64,000 bases of DNA from NCBI GenBank assembly GCA_001179505.1, contig CDMY01000276.1, positions 62,001 through 126,000 on the forward strand. Reading direction: 5' to 3'. A program made the position numbers and the translations under genes. Position 1 is the stretch's first letter. Every line of letters starts with the position of its first letter. Source of the DNA: Vitrella brassicaformis CCMP3155 (Eukaryota > Protista > Chromerida). Shown here piece by piece: positions 36,794 through 47,774 of this stretch. The notes beneath the pieces are model-generated. The model made no database searches, was not told the origin of the DNA, and saw only the letters and a program-made list of their open reading frames with translations.

Positions 36794-37922
36794 CGAGACA
36801 CCAAGAGCCCACCTTTGCACCACTACCCCTCTCAGCACTGTCCCTGTGGTTCGATTTGCCTACTGGCAAGGCAAGGATGCACACACACTAGGGCTCTGCA
36901 TATCTGCCTGTCTGCAAATGGCATGCAGACAGGACTGCGGGAGGGTAAATTATGGAAGTATGGATGGATGTCTCTCGTGTCTCTTCTGGTGTTGGGATGG
37001 GTGGAGTGTGCGTAGACTTTGATTGACGGAGAAACGAACGTGGACGGACTCGTGTGTGCACGGTGCGTGTGGCCGATGTGCGCTTGTGTGCATGTGCTGC
37101 CGACGCCATTCTGAACTCCCCCGTGTGTGTGTGTGCGTGTGTGTGTGTTGGATGCAATCACTTGATGGCGACCGACAAAAGCTGGAAGCATCGAAGGAAT
37201 CCCCCTTCGAGGTGAATCCAGCATTCACTGTCACACAAGCACACAGATCGATGGCATACAGGCAGGCAGGCAGGCAGGCAGACGCGATTGAGCAAACAGA
37301 GGACAGAGAGAAATGCACACACAGATGCACGCAGACCACCAGGGCACCGCCACACCACCGCACTGAGAGAACCACAGCTAGGCCAACACACGGTGGACGA
37401 CACCCCTTGAAACCACTGCTGCAGAACTTGGAATAGGTGGGAGTGAGTCGGTGAGAATGGTGAAGAGAGGACTCCGGGCGGGGCCAGTCCCGAATAAAGG
37501 ATTAAGTCAATGCAAAGGTGTGAATTTTGTGGAAAGTCCATGTAAGACATGTAGTCTGCGTCAGGCCATCCTGTCTGACGTACAGGACAACAACGAAAGA
37601 CTCAACAGCCGTCCTGGTTGGTTGGTTGGTTATTGTGTTTAACGAGACTCGTGTCTGTAACCCCGAGGGGATCCTGTCCAGGTCACGCACTAAACTAGCA
37701 GCATGCACATGCATAGAAGCATGCACACGGCCTGCCTCCCCATCCCACCCACCAACCCACTCGACACGCACGTGCCACCCTATGATGGTCAGAAAAATCG
37801 CTGTCGACACCGGTTGCAGGTATACGAGAATGACAATCAGACATAGGCACGACACCCAGAGGCTAGTCAGAGAGCACGTCGAGCGCCCTGTCTCAGAGAT
37901 CGATATGTGGATGGTCGGTCTA

Positions 37923-37953
37923 TGAACCCTAGGACCCTAAACCCTGGACCCTT
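37923..37953. repeat. Four degenerate telomere-type units TGAACCC TAGGACCC TAAACCC TGGACCC about 100 bp upstream of the TauD-family ATG
   Basis: Read directly. TGAACCC and TAAACCC are the complements of GGGTT(C/T)A telomeric repeats. Confidence 0.6.
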
Positions 37954-38049
37954 GCACTTCTGAGAGAAAGCGCACAGGCAATTGCTTGCGGACCCAGGGC
38001 TTGCAGACCGCAACCGACGGAGATCTGCTGCAGATCTAGTTATACATAC

Positions 38050-38793
38050 ATGCCTTGCTGCGGTCTGAAGGCCCTGCTCGCTAACGCATTACTGCCATGC
38101 TTCGTCGCCCTCTGTCTGCTCCCGCACCCGACCTCCTCTGCACGCCTGCTGTCGCGTGACGGCGAACAATCTTCCCTGACGACTCGCGGGCCTTTGCATG
38201 AGGAGTTGGGCCTGGAGGTCCTCGGCCTCGACCTGAGGCAGGAGATGCCGACCAAGGTGAAGAGGGAGCTGCGGCGGCTCATCGATGAGCACTCCTTCCT
38301 CCTGTTCAGGGGACAAAACCTGACCTGCCACGAAGGTGGGTGGGTGACCCAGAGCAACTAACTTTGACGAGAGAAGGCGCGGGTGCTCATTGCGTGTGTG
38401 CAGATGCGGCCTTCATGCGGATCTTCCCACACAATGAGACGGCATACGAGCTGGGCGAAGGAACAGGAGGTAGCCACAGATCCGTCCGTGAAATGCACAC
38501 ATTCGTGGCTTCGTTGGTCACCTCTTGTGTTGTTCGTTGGTTGGTTCAGTGCCCCAGCCGACCGGATCGGCCCCCGAGGAGTGCGGGAGGCGGTGCCCAC
38601 ACATCGTGGTCAAGTTTGTGTTCTCGCAGAAGGACACGCCCGAGTACAGGAGGTTCTTCTCCGGCCACATGTGGCATGCTGACGCTGTCAACTTCGTGGA
38701 GCACCCACCCGTCTACACCGCAAGTGAGTGAGCACACCTTTCGTTGGCTAAGTGAATGCAATGCGTTGGCTTGGATGGATCGTCTGCCTGCTC

Positions 38794-38854
<61 letters not shown>

Positions 38855-39902
38855 CGTGCATCCCCGATGCAGTGTCGATGAAGGCTGCGCCGAGCCGGGG
38901 CGGCGAAACGCTCTTTATGGACTCGCGCAAGGCGTATGAGCGGACACGGCCGGAGCTGAAGCGCATCATCGACACAGCACGGGTATGCAATGCACTATGT
39001 AATGCATGGGGACACGCGCATACAGAGAGAGAGAGAGAGAGGAGCGGTTTCTCTCTGTATGTCAGTCAATCAAGCGTTTCTCTGTTGTCTGTCTGTCTGT
39101 CTGTGTGCGCGTTGCAGCTGGAGTACTACCGAGTGGACTACGGCCTCGGCGCTGAAGTACATGACAGCGGCACACACCGAACGGACAATATGACTGAGAC
39201 CCGCGCGAGGGCCCTGCAGTCGGACTCACCCCTCGCCGACTCCTCTGTGGTGCAGCCACTCGTGACTCAGGTGGGTGTCCCGACAAGCACACACATCCTC
39301 CCTCCCTCGCGCACACACCAATTAACACACACCAAAGCCTGCATTGCGTGTGTGTGGGTGTGTATGGGTGTGTGTGGGTCTCTCTGTGCACTCACAGGAC
39401 CCCCGGACAGGCCGGCGGTCGATCTATTTGTCGCCGGGGTCGGCATACAGGTTTATTGGGCACACGCCTCAAGAGACCCATGACATCCTACGAGAGGTGG
39501 GTCGGTGGCTGGGCGGCTGGGCTGGGCGGGGCGGGGCACAACACTCACACACACACACACATACATACGACGTGGCGAGCTGAATGCCCATGTCTTGTTG
39601 CCTGCTTGCAGGTTTTGTCCCCCGCAATCTCCGCAGAGAACGTCTATGTGCATGTAAGTTAGTGTGCACACAACACCTGCCTGCCTCCCGTCAACTGTGA
39701 TAATATGCGTGGTTCTCGTCTCGTCTCGTGTGTGTGTGCGTGTGTGCGCGTTAAGCAGCACTGGCGAGTGGGCGATTTCCTCCTGTGGCACCAGCGTCAA
39801 GTGCTGCACAGCTGGACGCCCAGGCACCGCTATGAGAGCCAAGAGAGACGATTAAACACCCTTTTTCTCGACGGACACCTGCCCGTCCACCCCGCCAGAT
39901 AA
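38050..39902 (+). CDS. TauD/TfdA-family Fe(II)/2-oxoglutarate dioxygenase with a signal peptide; divergent C-terminal motifs
   Basis: LGLEVLGLDL, EHSFLLFRGQNL, WHAD (HxD), GGETLFMDSRKAYE, PLV..DP.TGRRSIYL and HWRVGDFLLWHQRQVLH. Hydrophobic N-terminus. Confidence 0.88.
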
Positions 39903-40394
39903 TAAACAAACAGGCGGCTTGTTGAGTTCGTCCTTGAGTGAGGGCTTTGTGTGCGTCTGGGGGGGAGGTGTATGTATGTTTGTCTGTTCTGATTTGTGTT
40001 TGTTTGTGTATCTCGCTGGCTTATTCTTCATCCATCCATCCATCGGCTTTGTACGTGTTTGTGGTGTGGCGATCCGACTCACTCTAGCTAGCAAATGCAC
40101 CATCAAGGAGAAAGCGCACGGCACAGTTTTGCCCGTTTTGATGTTAGCTGTGTCGCCCAACACACGCGTGTGTGCGTGTGTGTGGTTGGTGAGTGCGCTC
40201 AAAGAGCGAGCTGTCGGGGTGAGAAGCACACGCATGCCAGCCTTGCCGTTCGTCTCTCTCCCTCTCTGTCTCTGTCTCTGTGCGCGTGTGTGTGTGTGTG
40301 TTTGACATGTGCGTGTGCGATGGCTGCACAAAAGGAGACCTCTTATAGCCGCCGAGTGGACCCATCGTCTGCGACGTTTGCTGAGCCGTTGGCG

Positions 40395-41232
40395 ATGATG
40401 GTGATGCGTCGTTTCGGCGTTGGAATCATCTTGGTGGTCGGCCTGGCCGCCACTGTGCAGCCGCTGCTGGCAGCCCAGCCGCAGCGCAACGATGGCCGAC
40501 GTAAGCCACAGGGGGACACACACGCACCAAACCGACCATACACCATGGTCTCTTGTCCATTTGGATGGCTGATCTGTGGCTGCAGAGGTGTTGGTGGGCA
40601 AGGGGAGCAATGGTCCCGACGACTGCGAGGGGAAGGACTGCAATACCGATACATACGGTGGGCGGCCCTCTCCATCTGTGAGATCTATGGACGTGTGTGG
40701 CCGTTCGTTCGAGTTGTCCGTCCGCTGTGTGCAGGTGCGTCGTTTGCCGGCCGTGGTGAGGGAATCCAGGCCGCTAGGGACACCGCCATGGCCGCCAACA
40801 AACACGGTGCGTCCATCTGCACCTATCTGTACACATGGCACCCTCTCTCTCTCTGTGCAGGTGCTGTGTTGGGTGCTGGTGAGTTGTCGGCATTGCAGCA
40901 GATCCAGATGGGCAAGGCCGTCCTGCAGTCGGCCAACAAACTCACCAGTGCCACCAACGATATGACGGCCTCAGCAATGACGACCATCCACAACGTAAAA
41001 GACCGCATCCGTGGCCTCACAGGTACACACACACACACACACACACACGAAGGCAGCTGCTGTTGGAATGCACCATCGTGTGTCTGTCTTTCTTTGCCCG
41101 AATGAATGGACGGGTGGCTGCAGCTGACGGAGCCGCATACGATCAGCCTCGTGGTGCCGCCACCATCATTGACTCGCAACACGTACGCGTGACCAGACCC
41201 ACTGCACAGCTTTCGTCGTGTCTTCATCTGCA

Positions 41233-41268
<36 letters not shown>

Positions 41269-42225
41269 TAGCCTGGCCGCAGCGGTGGGCGCTACACGTC
41301 GTACTCCCGTTCGAGCCGCACACAGGAGGATCTCGCCACGTCCACCAATACAGGTACATTACACACATACGTATGAAATGGATGTGTGGCGCCATGCACC
41401 GCATGTACATGTGTGAACGCAGCCGACCGGAAAATATGCAAGTTGGCGTTTGACGACCGTAAAATCGGTGTCGATGTTGATGCTGGCGAGGAATACTGGA
41501 CGATGGACGGCTACACACGTACTCGCCAGCCGTGCGCCGAGGGCGAGATGTGTGTGGTCTACAGTGTTTCTTTCTTCGCCTATGACGAACCGATGGAAGG
41601 TTGGAGGAGCTATGATGATGATGATGATGCACTCATCGATCCCACCACCGGCGAGGTGAGCGAGTGAGTGAGTGGGCGGGTGGGTGACAGTGCAGTATGT
41701 GCATATGTGTGTATCTGTATCTGTGCAGGGCATCTGTATGAGCTCATCTCTCACTGGTTCCTGCGCCAACGGCAAGGTGTACGAACTCCCCGGGGGAGGC
41801 CCCCCTAAACAGCGCTTAAGATTCTGCATCACTCCCACACCGGTCAGTACACCGACGATACATATGCACCGACCTACAGCAAAATTGATCCCTCTATCTG
41901 TCTCTCTGTCTGTCTGTCTCCCCGTCTCCCTATCCTGTGTCTGGCTGCGCGTCTGTGTGGGTTAATGGGGTCTGCAGAAAATTTCCGGTTCCATGTTAAT
42001 GATTTCCGGTTCCACAGAGCCCCTTTCGCTCGAGGCCGAGGGGCCCCTGGCCATTAGCTACAAAAGTGGAGACACAAAGAGAATCGTCTACTTCCCAGGC
42101 AGCAAAGGTACGCATGTAATGTCGGCATCCCCACACCGTCCTGCCATCTATCACCAAACTAATGATCTGTGTTGTCTGTCTGTCTGTCTGTCCGTTTGTT
42201 AGAGTACAAGCTGCCTTCGAAGTGA
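40395..42225 (+). CDS. Secreted Cys-containing protein, paralog B, about 9 exons; N-terminal part shared with paralog A
   Basis: Signal peptide MMVMRRFGVGIILVVGLAATVQPLLA, then QVLVGKGSNGPDDCEGKDCNTDTY / GASFAGRGEGIQAARDTAMAANKH / GAVLGAGELSALQQIQMGKAVLQSANKL...RIRGLT, then unique exons ending EYKLPSK*. Confidence 0.8.
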
Positions 42226-42395
42226 GTGGGCACCACCCGTCAGGGATACCAACACATCCACCCAACCACCCACGGCCTCAGTCAGTCTCCTTTCTTTTCT
42301 TTTCATTTTGTAACAAGATTGAGAGGGGGGAGAGGGGCGAGGGAAAGGGGGACGAGCGGATTCTGTCCCCTTTTCAATGAATTCAGTGCACTCGT

Positions 42396-43915
42396 TCAAC
42401 CGATACAACTTCGCTTCCATCGCTTGTAAATCGCTTCAATGTGGGTCAGTAATGGCGCCAAGCCCTTAACTGACCCTCCCTCCCTCTCACAAACAAACAT
42501 AACTGAAACAAAAACAACAAAACAAAGAACGCTAGCTGTATACACGCATCGCATCGGTGGTGGGGGTGCTCGGCACTGCAGGCAATGCAGGCAGGCAGGC
42601 AGGCAGGTGTGTGTGCGGGAATTGAAGGCCTCGCCGCTGCAGATTCATCCATCGGCGTATAAGATGTCTCTCTCAAGTGAGCCAGTCGCTCCGCACCCGT
42701 GCTTACTTGAGAGGTTTGTGTGGTCCCGGCGTCTTGCTGGCTGCGTGTGTCTGTCTGTGGTATGTTCAGGACCCTACTCGACCGCATCGATAATCCCGAT
42801 AGCCACACACACATTCTGAATGCTCATCGTGTTCGCTTGCCCGGTGTGAAGGCAGCCATGCACACCTGGACTGTCTGACACGGTGACACCCCCATGTCTC
42901 TTCTCTCTCTCGCTCTCTCTTGTGCCGTACCTGCCTCTCGATTGTACGGAAGCGGCCGAATGGCTGGCTGGCCACTCACTCAACTACCTACCTGCCAGAC
43001 AGGGAGGGATGGGGGGCGTGGTGGCGTGTCTTGCGCCAAGCGACACACAAACTGATTGACCAGCTCCCCAGCACGATTTTTGCTTGCGCACAGAAAGAGA
43101 GCCTCTTGTCTTCTCTGCCCCCATGCGATGCGATGCGTGTGCAAACCCCAGGTGGCTGTCTGTCTCTGCAGCGCACAGACACAGAAGAGAGAGATGCATT
43201 CATTGTGTCTCAGTCAGTCAGTTGGTGTCTCTCTCCCCACCCACCCACCTGCCTGCCTGCCTGCCTTGATTCTGTTTGATGCCGCTGAGGGAGGTGGAGG
43301 GACTTCAGTCAGCAATGAATAGACTGCACTGAAGTGGACGATAGCACGTCACATACGATGACGTAGACAATATAAAACCAACAGAACACATGGCAGCAGA
43401 GTTTCTGGTGCCCTCATTCTGTTTCATTGTGTCTGCAGTTAACTAAGTTTCGCAGGCCATTTGAGCTCTTGGGACGGACGGACGGACGGACATCCACCCA
43501 CACAGAGCAGAGGTGTGAGGTGTGAGGTGCAGGTACGTTAGGTGCCCGCCACCTGGCTGTGCAGCAAGTACTTACTGTCTCTGTGTGCCCGCACCGCATG
43601 CCACCCGTCCGTCGCCTGCAGTGCCTCGCACGCAAAGCAATTCACACTTGACTGACACCCACTCAGTCAGTCAGTCAGTCGGTCACTCAATGCCCACCCA
43701 CACCACCCACCCCCACCTGTCCTGTCCTGTCCTGTCCTGTCCGTCCAGCAGCCAGCTACATTAGACAGACACACAGCCACACATACAGTACATTCACACA
43801 CGCAGCCACCGAGTCCACTCACTCACTCACTCACTCACATCAGACCACACCGTCCATCGATCGGATCGGCTGCCAAAAAGGACAGCACTGATCTAATCCA
43901 TCGTCAATCTCACTC
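42396..43915 (-). CDS. Candidate unannotated small-exon gene (tentative)
   Basis: Splice-flanked segments AVYSLLTEVPPPPSAASNRIK / RRQEALFLCASKNRAGEL / PFGRFRTIERQ / VCMAAFTP and a terminal KGLAPLLTHIEAIYKRWKRSCIG*. I could not close a complete model. Confidence 0.3.
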
Positions 43916-44076
43916 ACCAGATAGATCAGCCAGCCACGCAGGCAGGCAGGCCAAAACGTCAATCCCCTTACTTTGTGTGTGCGCCACCCACTCCCTTACC
44001 CACCGCATGCACATACAGCGCAGCGCACCCACTCGCGCGTCAATCAGACAGACCCCTTCCTTCTCTCTGTATCTAT

Positions 44077-45060
44077 CTACTTGACCCGGTACACACACAA
44101 GTACATCTGTGTCTCTGTGCCATAGGCAGGGTTGCCCGGCAGGTAGGGCTTCGGAGCGTCCTTCTTGACGACCGGCCCCTCGACCTCCTCCCACACTCCC
44201 GCATCCATCAGGCCCTTCATTGCGGCGCCCCACTTCTCGTACGTGTCGGTGCGGTGCGTCAGAATTACCAGCCCCCCCGGCGCACACACGCGGCAAAACT
44301 CCGATAAAGTGCCCTGCTTGATCGGTGGAACACACACACACAGCGAGGGATCAGAAATGTGTTTGTTGATCTATCCATCGTGTCAGTCAGGCCTGCCTGC
44401 CTCCCTCCCTGCCTGCCGGCGCACATCACATCTCCGTAGGTACCTTTGAGGGGTCGACGTATGTGAGTACGCCCAGGCAAGTGACGACATTGAATGCGTT
44501 ATCGTCGAAGGGCAGCCTGTCCTGCAGGTCCTGCCGCAGCACCTGGCCGTAGAAATCCTTGGCCCTCGCGTGGACCAGCATGTCGTCCATCAGATCGGTG
44601 CCCACAGAGTTGCTCCCACTGATGCCCACAGCACTCATCTGCATGTGCACAACACAGTCAGATAACGATCCTGTCCGGTTTCTGTGAGCTGTACTGCGTC
44701 GATACCGACCGGTGCGACGGATTTGCCGGTGCCACATCCGGCGTCCAGCCTGCAATCAGTTTCCAGCACACACACATACACTCACAAGCCATGCCTCGCG
44801 ACAGGCCTCCGCTACCACTTGACGGTGTCCATTCGCACGTCGGCGGGGAGGTACTTCTCGCAGGCGGCGGCGGCCAGTGCAGGCGCCTGGTAGCCGAAGC
44901 TCTCGATTGTTTTCTCATAGTTGTCGCTGTTCATATCGCCGCCGTCCTTCGTATAGGAAGATAGACCTATCCTGAACACATGAAGCAGCAGGCATCTTGA
45001 TGTTCTCCTGTCAGCTTACCATGGGCCTTCTCCCTGGTTGGGTTCATTCGCAGTCGCCAT
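44077..45060 (-). CDS. Class I SAM-dependent methyltransferase (WBSCR27/METTL27-like), 4 exons; start may lie further upstream
   Basis: YEKTIESFGYQAPALAA, motif I KLDAGCGTG, GTDLMDDMLVHARAKDFY, LPFDDNAFNVVTCLGVLTYV and CRVCAPGGLVILTHRTD. Confidence 0.82.
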
Positions 45061-45263
45061 TCTGGCCGAGTCGGCAGCACTGGAAAGTGATCTGTTCGGT
45101 TCTACGCCACTTTCGGATCTACGACTGGAGGACACTGTGAGAGTGTTCAAGCCACGCAAATCTCTCCTCTCCCCAGACGTGTGTTCCCAACCTCGCACGA
45201 ACCGCAACAACTGCGTCGTCACAACTGGCAGGCGGACATCCCTAAAACCGCTGCCGCAACTGG

Positions 45264-47617
45264 ATGTCACGGGGAATTGACTATTCGAAGTGGGATACTC
45301 TGGACGACAGCGATGATGATGAGGCGGAGAACACTCGTCCACCCCGCCACGAGCAGCACTCATCGTGTGCTGCGGCACCTTCCTGCAATGACCCAGCCAA
45401 CACAACGGTAGCCGCCGAGAAAGGATAGCCAGCCGACATGGGACTGATTCTCATTCATCTTGCTGTGTAGATTTCGCCATGCAGGCAGGGCTGCCGAGCG
45501 TCGCGGCCGGAGGTAGCTCAGCTGGACTTGCACTCATCGTCGAGGTGTGCGGTATGCGGACGGTCGCCTGACGACAGTCGTCATCAGTTCCCGAGATGCA
45601 ACAAGTAGGACGCACATCGAGGGATGAATTCATGATGACAGTCAATGCATCGGCTCGATGATAATGTTTTTCTTTTCAGGTGTAAGCTATTGCATTACTG
45701 CACCCGGGGTAAGCACCTGCACACAGAGAAGAAGATTTGATTCTTCTAATACTGTCTGTGGTGTCATAAGAGTGCCAGGTCAAAGATTGGAAGGGCGTGC
45801 ACAAAGAGGAGTGCGAGATGGCCAAGGAGAAGCTGGACGCTGATCGCATGTACGCGCCGAGCAGCATCCAGTACATGCACGGATGGATGAGCTCTGATGG
45901 TAAGCGGTGCGGCATGCATCTAGATGGCATGAGAAGAGAATGATTGCTATCGTATCGTGTGTACTTTCAGAGTATTTCGCGTGGCAGCGCAGAAGGGAGG
46001 AGGCGCTGTTCAAGGACATCAAGGCACTGCACGCTAGCGGCCAGCTCGACTATATAACACTCAACGTCAAACGAATGACCGAGACCCACGTGGCGATCGG
46101 CATGTGGTACCGCACCACAGGCAAGTACACTGCCACCCCGCCGATCAACGAAGGCACAAGAATCCGCAAGCTGGGCACGGCCGATGTGCACAACATGGCC
46201 ATCTGGAGGCTTTGTCTATTCTCCAAGATGCCCGGGCTTCGAGAGGTGCCAGGACAGGTTAACGTCACACCTGTGGACCTGATCATGCTGGAAGGCGTGG
46301 AGCAGCTTGTGAACAGTGCCATTGAGGTGAGCTATGCATGATGTGAATGTCATGAGACTGGGAAAGCGAAATTCAGGCATTGCTTGCTTTCGTAGGACAT
46401 TGTCATGGCGACTGATGGCAAACGGGCGCCTTACTTTATCATTGACACGGATGTCAACCTTGAGGCGTTATTCTGGCGGAAAATCACGACCAAGACAGTG
46501 GATGTCACTCGCGGTGAGGGAATGGGTGAGGGAGAGCGAGATGGATGTGGTTTGACTTGCGTCTGCATGCTATGTTGGCACTTTCTACCGCTGCAGATAG
46601 ACAGTTCCATTGGTTCTACCTCCCGTCCATCGCCGAGACCTGCCAAAGTGCCATCTTTCGAGCAGCCAAGCAACTATTCGGCCCGGCAGCGATGCTGCAG
46701 GTGAAGTTTGCAAGCAATCCTGCCGCGCTGAATCACAAATTCGTCACAACAGCTCCTCAACAGTTGCTCTTTCGGAAGGTAGGAGGAGGGAAGGACGGAA
46801 GGCTAGAGGGAAGACAGAAAGAAGTTGAAGCAATTGCCTTGTGAATGCGTTTTCCCTTGACTATCTGTGTGTGACTGTATGTGTACTTATTCGGAAGAGC
46901 TGGGAGAAGAACATCGAGTTCTTTGCGCAAACTCTCGAGCTGGACAAGGCCCTTCAGCCGTTCTATGAGACGAGAGCGAAAGAGGTACTCACTCACGCCC
47001 TCTGAGGACGTATATGATGTACATGTGTGAGCCTTTGGTTGTTCTTGTGGTGGTAGCGTGGAGTCTCTGTCAAAGACGTTGAGGCCGAGTTGATGGCTGT
47101 CGCGCTGACATTCTCTGATGTCTTCAGGTACGATATCGTCACTATCTCTAGTGCTGTCTCTTCACTGTTGTGTTTTCGGATGGAAGGATGCATTTGATTG
47201 ACTATCTGGACGGCTGCAAGGACAAGACATTGTGGCGTAAGTCTCTGGCCGAGCACTGTCAGATGACTGATCAGCAATTCAGCCGTGTGGCTGCTGAACT
47301 TGCCGAGTTGAAGCCATCTTATCCAAACGACATCAAGAATGCCATGTCGATGCAGCGGTCGCAGATAGATCGAGACATGGATGACGTTATGGGCAAGAAG
47401 GTGAGGGTTGTGTTTTGGATGCGCTTGCACTCACCGCTTGTGTGCGTGTCCGTGTGTGCGTGTGTGGATGCAGGTGAAGCTGAAATGTGGTCATTCTGTG
47501 CGCCAGTTGGAAGGCATGCTTCGACAGAATGGCATGTTAACTGATCCGACAAAGGCACAGCAGTCGATGGTTGACTTGCTTCGCAAACTGATCTCAGGCG
47601 AAGTGAAACTAGAATAG
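45264..47617 (+). CDS. MYND zinc-finger protein with an N-terminal DYSKWD-acidic motif and an uncharacterised C-terminal region
   Basis: MSRGIDYSKWDTLDDSDDDE. Spliced CAVCGRSPDDSRHQFPRCNKCKLLHYCTRECQVKDWKGVHKEEC is a complete MYND pattern. Phase-consistent exons continue to ...KLISGEVKLE*. Confidence 0.82.
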
Positions 47618-47774
47618 AATAGAGGTGTAGTTCTTGAACACAAAGGGGGTAGGGCAAGAGATTCGTCCGTCCATCCCTCCGTCCTTCGTCCGTCATACGA
47701 GGAGGCCTTTGTGCGAAGGATTCGGACAAAGGAGGAGAGAGCTTCATAGCAAAACCGCAAAACATGCATGACCG

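Noticed and set aside
33279-36854. GGTTCGA T-loop-like motifs at 33279 and 36848 as tRNAs
   Set aside because: No acceptor, D or anticodon stems around them, and the first lies in a coding exon.
46757-46996. Coding-looking minus-strand ORF (MSEYLFRSRLIERLKG...)
   Set aside because: The plus strand gives a phase-consistent MYND-gene exon (SWEKNIEFFAQ...ETRAKE) with a proper donor.
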